DNA of 64,000 bases from positions 576,001-640,000 of the forward strand of contig OX638351.1 of NCBI GenBank assembly GCA_951813565.1. The letters are read 5' to 3'. This stretch comes from an uncultured Poribacteria bacterium. GTDB taxonomy: Bacteria; Poribacteria; WGA-4E; WGA-3G. The notes under the pieces were generated by a model, which saw nothing but the letters and a program-made list of their open reading frames with translations, was not told the DNA's origin and ran no database searches. The position numbers and the translations under genes were made by a program. This document shows positions 9,816 through 21,377 of this stretch, piece after piece. Each line of letters opens with the position of its first letter. Within the stretch, counting starts at the first letter, position 1.

Positions 9816-10450
9816 ATTTTTAGTTCTGCCCATGTTGTAGTTAATTTGCTTGAAGGTTCAACTGCGTGCGGTTCAGCACCTTCAATGTCGCTTACATACT
9901 CACCCTCATAGAGTCGGATATGATCAATCCAGACATCCACTTTTTCTATACCCATGATGATACCTGCGCGCGAATTCACGTCATCCACAGGCATTTTAAA
10001 GGTGATGAAGAATTCTTTCCAGGTTTCGGACAGACTAATTGATTTTGCAGAGTATACATTCCACGGAGCACCTTGATGCATAATGCGCATAGTGACGTTT
10101 CTCGGTTTTTCACTTTTTGCCCACAGACTGTAAGTATAGGTAATATCTTCCTCAAGCGTGAAGGGTTGCTGATAGAGTTGTATGTGTCCTAATGCATTGC
10201 CAGCTTTATTGATTCTGATATAGGCAACATTTTTCCCGACAATCGGTTCTGCTTTATTACCTTCTGTTTGGAAGACTGCGGCAGCACTTTCGTGCGTCCA
10301 GTGATGCCATCCGTCAAGTTTTAGGTCGAAATCACCGTTTTTGAGGATGTTATCGGGGAGTTTTTGGGTGTACGCAAGTGTTGTAAATCCAAGCAGCCAA
10401 GCCAATACAAGGAAATAACTATAAATCGAAACGCTTTTAATTGTGTTCAT
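9812..10450 (-). CDS. Secreted CBM4/9-like carbohydrate-binding protein with C-terminal TW-x-x-LK motif
   Basis: Signal peptide from MNTIKS (10450); N-x-LKNGDF, YTYSLWAKS, VWIDHIRL; ends AVEPSSKLTTTWAELKI. Confidence 0.75.
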   Translation of the reverse strand: MNTIKSVSIYSYFLVLAWLLGFTTLAYTQKLPDNILKNGDFDLKLDGWHHWTHESAAAVFQTEGNKAEPIVGKNVAYIRINKAGNALGHIQLYQQPFTLEEDITYTYSLWAKSEKPRNVTMRIMHQGAPWNVYSAKSISLSETWKEFFITFKMPVDDVNSRAGIIMGIEKVDVWIDHIRLYEGEYVSDIEGAEPHAVEPSSKLTTTWAELKI

Positions 10451-10940
10451 CTTCACTTTTCCGCTCATGCTCTTTCTTACCTTCCTGGTCATGCTCACCT
10501 TCATGTTCTGAGTCATGTTCACCATGTTCTTCCCCATGACTATGTTCATCCTCGTCGACTTCGGGATGTGCTGTCCATCCGTCAAAGTCCGTGCTTGTTG
10601 CGATGAGTTGAACATCCTTTTTTTCACCGGATGCAAGATCAACCGAAAGTGTTGGACCAAGTTCTTTCGCGTTGGACAAGTGGACTTCAACCCTTACCTG
10701 TTTCAAGGTTTCGTCGGTGGTGTTTTCTATAGTGCCTTTAAAGGTATTGTTTTCTTGGTTGTAATTCATGATGAGTCGTACGCCATTTCTGACCTTATCG
10801 TAAGTTTCGTTCAGTGCAAGTTCAGTGCCTGATTCCTCTTTTTCGTTGTCAGTTGCCTGTTTTGCTGTCCTTGAACAACCGATAATAACAATTATCAACA
10901 AGACAACGATTGCTGCAAAAATACTATATATGTAATTCAT
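10437..10940 (-). CDS. Lipoprotein with Ig-like (FxLYD-like) domain and His/Glu-rich tail
   Basis: Lipobox IIGC; GTIENTT...VRVEVHL; tail EHSHGEEHGEHDSEHEGEH; upstream TTGACG-N17-TACAAT promoter. Confidence 0.65.
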   Translation of the reverse strand: MNYIYSIFAAIVVLLIIVIIGCSRTAKQATDNEKEESGTELALNETYDKVRNGVRLIMNYNQENNTFKGTIENTTDETLKQVRVEVHLSNAKELGPTLSVDLASGEKKDVQLIATSTDFDGWTAHPEVDEDEHSHGEEHGEHDSEHEGEHDQEGKKEHERKSEDEHN

Positions 10941-11013
10941 GGATGCGTTTCTCCTCAAAGAGAAGTATGTTCAATGTGAAAATTGTAGCACAAAAGAGAC
11001 AGAACGTCAAGAG

Positions 11014-11041
11014 AAAAGGGCAGACATTATGCCTGCCCTTT
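11014..11041 (-). terminator. Rho-independent terminator
   Basis: AAAGGGCAGGCATAATGTCTGCCCTTTT on the minus strand. Confidence 0.65.
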
Positions 11042-11152
11042 AAGATAGGATGCCGACAGCGCCCTGTTTTACTATGAGGTTCCCTCCGAGACCGTGACTA
11101 ATGCTTGCTACCTCCGACTTCGGGTTGAACTGTCCACCTGCTTAAAGTTTTT

Positions 11153-11468
11153 GGCTCTTGTAAAGAATGAGTGCTTTTTTCTTTATTTGTGCTATAGTAT
11201 AGTATATGGATTTTCCAATACTTTCTTTAATTGATGATGAAAGCGCGGAGGAATGGTTGCTAAACCATTTCCATCCCCAGGGTTTACACTGTCCACATTG
11301 CGATGTGAGCGTGGAGGAGGCACGCTATTTTAGAACAACAAAAACAAGTCGCCTAAAGGTTTACCGCTCGGGATATATCGCTATCTGTGAATTTGTTATT
11401 AATCTCAAATCTATTACTACTGAGTTTATATCAAAACTCGTCCAACGCACTCACTCATAACATGAGCC
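11153..11468 (+). mobile_element. Internally deleted IS1595-family element (MITE-like)
   Basis: Imperfect TIRs GGCTCTTGTAAAGAATGAGTGC / GGCTCATGTTATGAGTGAGTGC; ORF 11206-11460 has the N-terminal Zn ribbon (CPHC) fused to a C-terminal remnant, with no DDE core. Confidence 0.65.
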
Positions 11469-11478
11469 AATATACTTT

Positions 11479-12237
11479 TCATTCAGAACCTCCTATGTGG
11501 TAAGTTACTCTGAATGGGACCTCTACTCCTGATTCAAGTATCAGTTGTTTAGATTCCCTGAGGTGTTCAAGACGGTTCGCCACTACCTCAATATTTCCAG
11601 GGTGGATATCAATTCTATACATGAGTCTCAAAAGTGCCTCTGCCTCGGCAATTGTATCGTCAATTGTTAAGGTGCCATTATTACTGCGTCTGACATTTTC
11701 AACGAGAATATCCACGTCAGAATAATCACCGTATTGTTCTCGGAAGGCATCGTCAAGGCGTTGGTAAGCATATTTGGGATTACTAGCGAGATATAGGTTA
11801 TAATCCTCATATCCAGCTTTTACTACATCCATGTCGTAGGGCAGACTTTGATGTTCTTCCTGAACAATCGTCTCATCGGTCTCTATTCCTACCTCTAAAT
11901 CCTCCAAACTATTCTCTATATCTTCAGTAAAAGCCTCCAAAAACAAGGTAAATATATCAATGTCATCGCCAGGTTCAGATTGAAACTCCTTAACAAAGGA
12001 ATCGAAATCTTTACTTTTTATAGTAGTAATTGGGTCTGTAGGTTGAACGACTTCCGGTGAGGTCGTTTCTAACTGATCTGAAACCTTGGGAGTTGGGTTT
12101 AATGTAGAAGATTCTATTAGCCGTTCTTTAAAGCGTATCATGTCCCATTGCATATAAATAAAAAAAACAATGGAACAAGCGACTATCAAAATAGATGCTA
12201 CCAGAAATAGTTTGATTTTATATGATTTCATAAGCAT
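11479..12237 (-). CDS. Hypothetical N-terminally anchored acidic protein
   Basis: N-terminal TM segment; AGGAG RBS; helical C-terminal domain. Confidence 0.6.
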   Translation of the reverse strand: MLMKSYKIKLFLVASILIVACSIVFFIYMQWDMIRFKERLIESSTLNPTPKVSDQLETTSPEVVQPTDPITTIKSKDFDSFVKEFQSEPGDDIDIFTLFLEAFTEDIENSLEDLEVGIETDETIVQEEHQSLPYDMDVVKAGYEDYNLYLASNPKYAYQRLDDAFREQYGDYSDVDILVENVRRSNNGTLTIDDTIAEAEALLRLMYRIDIHPGNIEVVANRLEHLRESKQLILESGVEVPFRVTYHIGGSE

Positions 12238-12261
12238 TTTTCTACTCCTTACTTACCTTCG

Positions 12262-13074
12262 TTATTTTAGTAACTCTTTAATGGAAATGGGGGTCGTATG
12301 CTGGTCTCCGTACTTTTGGATTGCTTGGTTGATTTTTTCAAGGGAATCTTCCAGGCTTTTTATCTGATCCGCTTCCATTTCGGGAGCCGTATCTTTCAGA
12401 ATCTGCAGTTGTACTTCAAGGAACTCTCTGATATCTGAAAAAGGGAGAGATTCTGCAGCAAAGAGTTTAGACACAAGAGATACCCATTTTTCAAAGAGAG
12501 GATGCTCATTGTAGCCCCTCTTAGTCCCCAGTTTGACAAATTCGGCACGAGCGGCTTCTGGATCGGTGCGGATAAGTTCCTTGAAAACTTCTAATCGATC
12601 AGTATCGTTATTTGCTGTTAGTGCAGGTTCTTCGGTTTGTGTTCTATGCAGGTGAACCTCAGAGGGCATGGTTTTGAATTGTGTGAGTGCTGCCTTGTGG
12701 TGTTGTATTTGTTTCGCATACTTTTCTGCATCAATAGCGGTTAACATCCGGATTTCTAAGTCAGACAAACGCTTGATGTCAGAGAGATGTTGGGTGCCAT
12801 CTCGACTGAGGCGAAAGTAAAGGGGTACCCATTCTTTGGAGAGGATATGCTTGCCGAACAGTTTATTTGCAACGTTCTCAAGTTCTATGCCGGCAGCTTC
12901 TGGATCGCTACGTAAGAGATTTTGAAACGTTTTGAGGTGTTCCACCCAAAGCATTTCACTCACTAAATGGACATGTAAAACAGCGTTTTCTTTCGGGGGA
13001 CTTGGTTCGCTACAAGAAAGACATCCAAAACCACAAAAAGTCAAACACAACAAGAAGAACATTAACAACCGCAT
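12262..13074 (-). CDS. Hypothetical exported/lipoprotein with two helical DPEAA repeats
   Basis: AAGGAG RBS before MRLLM; Cys-rich signal ending CLSC; internal duplication LLRSDPEAA / LIRTDPEAA. Confidence 0.65.
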   Translation of the reverse strand: MRLLMFFLLCLTFCGFGCLSCSEPSPPKENAVLHVHLVSEMLWVEHLKTFQNLLRSDPEAAGIELENVANKLFGKHILSKEWVPLYFRLSRDGTQHLSDIKRLSDLEIRMLTAIDAEKYAKQIQHHKAALTQFKTMPSEVHLHRTQTEEPALTANNDTDRLEVFKELIRTDPEAARAEFVKLGTKRGYNEHPLFEKWVSLVSKLFAAESLPFSDIREFLEVQLQILKDTAPEMEADQIKSLEDSLEKINQAIQKYGDQHTTPISIKELLK

Positions 13075-13284
13075 CAGACTCTCCTTAGTAAAAAGGGTGA
13101 GGAACAGATACATGTATGTTATGGCCTCACCCAATTAAAATTGTTTTTCAACCGCCCCGATTAACTACATGTGAATGAGTGGGGAAGCGGATTCCAATGA
13201 AGTATAAGCTCAAACTCCATACAGATATAAAACTCAATCTCAATCTCATCACCAATTGGAATTGAGAATACGGGTACCCATTCG

Positions 13285-13554
13285 TTACAGCACCAATGCT
13301 GCCAGATCAACTGATACTGTTTTCCATAGTCCATCAGCATAGTCAGGATTATTGGTATGAAATGTTATGTCTTTGGGAGTGGGAATTTGTTCACTATCAA
13401 GCAGCAGACCTTCAAGATAACATTCAATTGCTTCTACGGCTTGCATCATGGCATCCTCAACCGTATCTCCGGCAGAGAAACATCCGGGTAAATCCGGAAC
13501 GGAAACTCCGTAACAACTCTCCGGATCTTTGTGGATAACAATAGGATAATGCAG
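13285..13554 (-). CDS. hicB: HicB-family antitoxin (N-terminal domain only; CTG start; absent from the ORF track)
   Basis: Manual translation (L/M)HYPIVIHKDPESCYGVSVPDLPGCFSAGDTVEDAMMQAVEAIECYLEGLLLDSEQIPTP...; in-frame TGA eight codons upstream. Confidence 0.75.
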   Translation of the reverse strand: MHYPIVIHKDPESCYGVSVPDLPGCFSAGDTVEDAMMQAVEAIECYLEGLLLDSEQIPTPKDITFHTNNPDYADGLWKTVSVDLAALVL

Positions 13555-13798
13555 GCCTCCGATGAATCCGTCCGATCATTGAAATAGACGTATATAATAC
13601 CTACATTCCGCACTTCGAATTTCCGATTTTCGATATTTATTTCTCAAACCTGCGTGGCACCTACATCGAGCAAGCAATTTCAGGTGAATTAGAGAAAAAG
13701 AAAAGTGACAAGTGGAATCTTAATTCACGGCACCAAATCTCTATTATCCGGTACGGATCCTTTCTTGACACGGGTTTGTCCTATAAATTTAAATTCTG

Positions 13799-14737
13799 TT
13801 AAAACAAGAACAAAGTGGAGGGTATAATGTCTAATGCGGCTAATTCTCTAGATAATGTTCCCTTCCAACCACCAGCTTTATCGAAAGGCACATAAACTAT
13901 GCCTTGAATATCTGATGGTAGTTCAACGCCTTCTTCGTGGAGAACACAAACACGTTCGCGACCCAAACCATGCAAAAAATAACCGAGTTCCAAGATGACG
14001 TTTTGTCGTGCGCGCGACTTTAGGTCGTCTTCATTATTTTTTGGTGCGCCAACATCATCGGCTGTGAGCAAAACGATTGCAAAAGCCGCTTCGTCAGCAT
14101 GTTCTTCAAACTTATCAATGATTGTTTGTCCTTTGCTTGGCTGCTCGTCAAGTATCGTTGCTGTCAATTTTAGGTTCTCAATGAACCTTGCGACCTTGTG
14201 TTTAGCTTCTCCATCATGTCCGTGTACGATAAAAATATTATAATCGGATATGCGCTCAGATATTGATTCATTATCGCACTGATCACTTTGAAGTGCTTTG
14301 GAAAAAGTTGCCAAAAACCCTCTAAATGCTCCAGCAGCGTCACCATCACTAGCCTGCAAATCGGCTATATAGTCTTCTAGGCATTCCTTCGGAATATTTT
14401 CAGCTCGGAACAAAGCCTTAAGTTCTTGCACTGCTCTCTCTTCTATGCCTTTGTTCCCTTGAGCTAAGAGAAAAATTGCAAAGGACAATGTGCCAATTCG
14501 GTAATAATTCCTCCGTGATTCTCCATCAGATCCTTCAAACCATTCGCTGGGGGGACCAACCACCCCTCCACCAACAATTCGTTCAGTTATTAATTCGTTG
14601 TAATCAGGAATTTTCAATTCAACTCGCGAAGCAACTTTACAAACGATTTTGTGTTCATCTTCATCTGGTTTTGCTGAGAATCGAGCAAAAGCAATCCCCA
14701 ACTCGAAATAGTTTCTTTTATCCTCAGATGAATACAT
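13799..14737 (-). CDS. TIR-like nucleotide-binding domain protein (Cap12/Pycsar effector-type TIR) with unknown N-terminal domain
   Basis: IFIVHGHD, ILDEQPSKGQTIIDKFE, FAIVLLTADD, RARQNVILELGYF, LPSDIQG. Confidence 0.85.
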   Translation of the reverse strand: MYSSEDKRNYFELGIAFARFSAKPDEDEHKIVCKVASRVELKIPDYNELITERIVGGGVVGPPSEWFEGSDGESRRNYYRIGTLSFAIFLLAQGNKGIEERAVQELKALFRAENIPKECLEDYIADLQASDGDAAGAFRGFLATFSKALQSDQCDNESISERISDYNIFIVHGHDGEAKHKVARFIENLKLTATILDEQPSKGQTIIDKFEEHADEAAFAIVLLTADDVGAPKNNEDDLKSRARQNVILELGYFLHGLGRERVCVLHEEGVELPSDIQGIVYVPFDKAGGWKGTLSRELAALDIIPSTLFLF

Positions 14738-14770
14738 AACAGATCGCCTCCTTAAGATTTAATAGCAATC

Positions 14771-14793
14771 AGGGCAGGTGATGAACCTGCCCT
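14771..14793 (-). terminator. Hairpin terminator after 5S rRNA
   Basis: AGGGCAGGTTCATCACCTGCCCT. Confidence 0.6.
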
Positions 14794-14802
14794 TGTATAG
14801 GA

Positions 14803-14922
14803 TTTCCGGCGACGACCTACTTTCCCGCGGGGTTGCCCCCGGAGTATCATCAGCGCTGAAGGGCTTAACTGCCGTGTTCGGAATGGGAACGGGTGTATCC
14901 CCTTCGCTATTGCCACCGGAAA
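14803..14922 (-). rRNA. rrf: 5S rRNA
   Basis: Conserved CCCGTTCCCATTCCGAACACGGCAGTTAAGC and GAAAGTAGGTCGTCGCCGG; complementary ends. Confidence 0.95.
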
Positions 14923-14981
14923 GGTGTCCAAAAATATTTGACAACTGTATAGGTATTGAGGAGTCGGTAGAGAAAAATAAA

Positions 14982-17980
<2,999 letters not shown>

Positions 17981-18011
17981 GGTGATATTTTTATTCTACC
18001 GATTTACCCTC

Positions 18012-18031
18012 TCTATACAGTTGTCAAAGAA
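18012..18031 (-). promoter_or_regulatory. boxA-like antiterminator and 5' strand of the 23S processing stem
   Basis: GTTCTTTGACAACTGTATAG; the TTGACAACTGTATAG part is complementary to ~14938-14952 downstream of 23S. Confidence 0.7.
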
Positions 18032-18073
18032 CGCCGCCTATTTTTCAAAAGTGAAACCACTTCTGTTAGGCGA

Positions 18074-18146
18074 TGGAGATGAGCGGAGTTGAACCGCTGA
18101 CCTTCTGGTTGCAAACCAGATGCTCTCCCAACTGAGCTACACCCCC
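18074..18146 (-). tRNA. tRNA-Ala(TGC), CCA not encoded
   Basis: GGGGGTGTAGCTCAGTTGGGAGAGCATCTGGTTTGCAACCAGAAGGTCAGCGGTTCAACTCCGCTCATCTCCA; G3-U70 identity pair. Confidence 0.95.
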
Positions 18147-18163
18147 TCGCGCATGTGGTATAA

Positions 18164-18325
18164 AGTATACCACGAAATCTGACATAAGTCAAACTCTTTT
18201 AAATGGTATAGTAGTATACCACAGAATTCTGATTTAAGTCAAATTTATTTTCAAAGAACAGGATTTAATAAACTTCTAATCCCTAAGCAGATTTTAAGTA
18301 TACCACAAAACGTAGTATATGTCAA
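18164..18325 (-). promoter_or_regulatory. Three tandem sigma70 promoters driving tRNA-Ala-23S-5S
   Basis: TTGACA-17-TATACT (18325-18297), TTGACT-18-TATACT (18242-18213), TTGACT-17-TATACT (18192-18164), all with TG extended -10. Confidence 0.85.
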
Positions 18326-18420
18326 ATAAATTTTACAAAAAATACTATAAAAACACAAAAAGGCGATTTTTAAGCAAGTTTTATATAAATGAATGAAACT
18401 GAGTTGTTTTTACATGGAAA

Positions 18421-18747
18421 TCATGTTTTTAACCTACTTCCATTCATACCTTGTGACATAGGTTGCCGCTCCATTATCCTTTTTTGATATTCGATAATCA
18501 TGTTGACAGTAATGCGATATACCCATGTTTCTAAAGATATTTGGAAGCGAAATTGATGTAATGCGTTAAGCACTTTCTCCTCTATTTGATTCGCCAATAC
18601 TTCTACATCTTCATCAGAACCCTGAATTCCTCTCTTTTTGATAGCAGGAAGTGCCACCGATTTTATCCGTTCTATTAACATTTCCTTCGCATCGGAATCA
18701 CCTTCTATCGAGGCTTTTATCAATTTTTCATCTGAAATATTTGTCAT
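18421..18747 (-). CDS. ECF-sigma-like protein with region 2 only
   Basis: SDEKLI...GD..A...L, L.QFRFQ.SLETWVYRITVNMII; stops before region 4; AGGAGG RBS. Confidence 0.6.
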   Translation of the reverse strand: MTNISDEKLIKASIEGDSDAKEMLIERIKSVALPAIKKRGIQGSDEDVEVLANQIEEKVLNALHQFRFQISLETWVYRITVNMIIEYQKRIMERQPMSQGMNGSRLKT

Positions 18748-18785
18748 GTTTAAAATCCTCCTTTCAAAAGTTTAGTATAAATTTA

Positions 18786-20193
18786 CGCAATAAGTAGTTT
18801 TGGACTTGCAAAAAGCCCTTAAGCGTTATGGAAATTTATACTTAATAGGGTATGAGAATTCGGAAAAGCACTAAACGGCGAAGACTAATTTCTAACTCTA
18901 ATCTGCGAGAACTTCTGCCCCTCCAACTCACATCGGTATAAAAGTTGAGCGCGCTTGATAGATACTTTGCAACGGCAGACAATTCTTCTAATCGTTTTGC
19001 CATTGTGATATTAGTGTGGTCCAGCTTGTCAAGACCTTATTCTTTAAGTTCTTCTGCCATCGTTGAGTGAGTCTTCATCTCATACTCTCATTGACAAACT
19101 TATCAAAAATGCTCTCAATGCTCCTATAGTTGTATTTATAGCACGCCTCTGCGACATATAGGGGCGTGTATTCAGTCCAATAGTGGTGATGACTTCCATA
19201 CCAAGCACGTTTGAGAAGTGACCAGAAGCCTTCAATCGTATTGGTATGGACATTACCGTCAACAAATTGTTCTTGATGATCAATGATATGGTGCTTCATC
19301 TCTTTACCGAGTGTGAGATAAGCCTTATACTCATCAGTCATCAACTGCGATTTATCTACTTTAACAACTTCGCGAATAAAATTTAAGATAGTCCGTCCCG
19401 TCAAATCTTTTGCGAGTCTTGCCACAACTTTCCCACCGCGTTCAATCGCTCCGATGATAGCATCTTTATCAGTGCCACGCCCACGCTTAGCAGGATCCCT
19501 GTCCTCTTTTTTGTTCGCTTTGCGAGGTTTACCCCCGACATAAGTTTCGTCAGCCTCTATGATACCTTGTAAGAGGATATTATCTTTAGCCATTTCAGCA
19601 CGGATACATGTTCCCATACGCCACGCAGTCTTTTGATCCAAGTCCAAATCTCTTGCCAACTGATGACTTGAAAGGCTCTTTTTAGCATTCATCATCAACG
19701 AGATAGCCAAAAACCACTTCTGAAGTGCTATCTTTGTCCCGTGAAACACCGTGCCACAAGTAACCTTGAAAGTAGCAGTGCAATCGTGGCATTGCAAGCG
19801 TCCGATGCGTCCCAATTCCGTTTCTGTTCGTCTTGCAGCGTTTGGGCAATCACAATGTGGACACTTCGGTTTACCCTTCCACCGAATACTCTCTAAATGT
19901 TCAATACAACTCTCTTGATCAGGGAATCGTTCCATCACTTTCAACAAATCCATCAGAAAACTCCTTTTTAGGAGTTGCTTTTTCTGACAGGTTTCTGATA
20001 CAATAACTAGATAAGACAGAATGCCAGAAAAGCAACTCGCTTTTTTGTGTTCAATTAGGGGGTTAACAGCCCTCTAATTTCTTATCTAAATTGTATCATA
20101 TTTTCACAATTAAAACAAGCGAAAAATGTAGTCTACACAAGGATTTAGAGCGATTTTTAAAATTTTGTTGCAAGTCCAAAACTACTTATTGCG
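18786..20193 (-). mobile_element. IS1595-family insertion sequence
   Basis: 26-bp perfect TIR CGCAATAAGTAGTTTTGGACTTGCAA; no clear TSD. Confidence 0.9.
19075..19953 (-). CDS. IS1595-family transposase
   Basis: CPHC..C..C Zn ribbon, EADETYVGG, MTDEY, HTNTIEGFWSLLKR. Confidence 0.93.
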   Translation of the reverse strand: MDLLKVMERFPDQESCIEHLESIRWKGKPKCPHCDCPNAARRTETELGRIGRLQCHDCTATFKVTCGTVFHGTKIALQKWFLAISLMMNAKKSLSSHQLARDLDLDQKTAWRMGTCIRAEMAKDNILLQGIIEADETYVGGKPRKANKKEDRDPAKRGRGTDKDAIIGAIERGGKVVARLAKDLTGRTILNFIREVVKVDKSQLMTDEYKAYLTLGKEMKHHIIDHQEQFVDGNVHTNTIEGFWSLLKRAWYGSHHHYWTEYTPLYVAEACYKYNYRSIESIFDKFVNESMR

Positions 20194-20240
20194 ATTTTTT
20201 ATATTATCATTCAAATTAAGGCATAGAAGGGGTTGATGGA

Positions 20241-21218
20241 ATGGATAGACAATTTTTTAAGTTGAGTTTGTGTTTTTTGGTACTACTGCTTATAGTTACT
20301 GGTGGGTGTAAAAAAGAAAGAACAGAAGATGTCGCAAATGCCAAACCTACGATTGAGAAAAAACTTAACGTCGTCGCGACGATTAGTATGATTACCGATA
20401 TTGTCAATAACGTTGGCGGCGATAGGATTGATGTCACTGGGATTATCGGTGAAGGGATTGACCCGCATCTTTATAAACCGACTGCGAGAGATACTAAACG
20501 ACTAACTGAAGCAGATATTATTTTTTACAACGGCTTGCATCTTGAAGTTAGAATTACGGGGACCGTCTTTGATAAAATGAAGGATAAAACGAAAGCTGTC
20601 GCCGTCACGGATGGGATTGATCGTTCACGGCTTCGGATAGCGTCTGAATTTATGGGAGGTTATGACCCGCATGTGTGGCATGATGTGTCGCTCTGGATGA
20701 AGGCAACTGAGAGAGTTCGCGACACATTGGCTCATACAGACCCTATAAATGCCGAATATTATCACGCTAACGCGAAGAATTACTTGGCAATGTTGCAAAC
20801 GCTGCATGAAGATATGCAAAAGCTTGCCGCACAGATACCTGCGAAACGTCGGGTTCTCGTCACGACGCACGATGCGTTTGGCTACCTTGGAAAGGCATAC
20901 GGTTTTGAGGTGCGCGGACTATTAGGTATAAATACAGAAGACGAGGCAGGCATCGCTGATGTTAGAGATCTTGCTGCATTTATTATTGAATATAGAATTC
21001 CGACTATGTTCGTTGATACCTCATCCCCGCGTCGGGGAATCATGTCGGTTCAGGCTGCCGTTCGCGCGAACGGCTACAATGTCAAAATTGGTGGTGGTCT
21101 TTTTGCTGATGCGATGGGAACACCCGGAACTCCTGAAGGGACATATATCGGGATGATGCGTTACAACATTGATACTATTGTAAATTCGCTTCAGACGGAG
21201 TTGGCTTATCAGGAATAA
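20241..21218 (+). CDS. Zn/Mn ABC transporter substrate-binding lipoprotein (TroA/MntA type)
   Basis: Lipobox TGGC; DPHLYKP, NGLHLE, DPHVW, TTHDAFGY. Confidence 0.9.
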   Translation: MDRQFFKLSLCFLVLLLIVTGGCKKERTEDVANAKPTIEKKLNVVATISMITDIVNNVGGDRIDVTGIIGEGIDPHLYKPTARDTKRLTEADIIFYNGLHLEVRITGTVFDKMKDKTKAVAVTDGIDRSRLRIASEFMGGYDPHVWHDVSLWMKATERVRDTLAHTDPINAEYYHANAKNYLAMLQTLHEDMQKLAAQIPAKRRVLVTTHDAFGYLGKAYGFEVRGLLGINTEDEAGIADVRDLAAFIIEYRIPTMFVDTSSPRRGIMSVQAAVRANGYNVKIGGGLFADAMGTPGTPEGTYIGMMRYNIDTIVNSLQTELAYQE

Positions 21219-21264
21219 TGAGCGTGTGATAGTAGTAGGTTATTGATAACACATCGTTGGCTGT

Positions 21265-21293
21265 AAGGCGGGGTCTTTGTGCCTCGCCTTTTT
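21265..21293 (+). terminator. Rho-independent terminator
   Basis: AAGGCGGGG...CCTCGCCTT followed by a T-run. Confidence 0.6.
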
Positions 21294-21377
21294 GATTTAA
21301 CATACACGTGTTTGAAGTCGTGCAATTCATTGTATTCTTAAACCCGTTACGGCACGCGGAGCGTGCCTGCTACTTTA

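Noticed and set aside
10451..10690. Long N-terminal extensions in the ORF track (10690, 6287, 59335, 59409, 60921, 62104)
   Set aside because: They overlap neighbouring genes or repeats; downstream Met codons give proper signal peptides, RBS or coupling.
13565..13801. Open + strand frame (IEIDVYNTYIPHFEF...) as the missing hicA
   Set aside because: Wrong strand, no start codon and no HicA GSH motif; at most an unidentifiable remnant.
18778..20201. Target site duplications for the IS1595, its 11153 derivative and the IS630
   Set aside because: Flanks do not match as direct repeats, so no TSD is claimed.
18326..20240. 16S rRNA upstream of tRNA-Ala
   Set aside because: No 16S conserved motifs; the region holds a sigma-like ORF and an IS1595.
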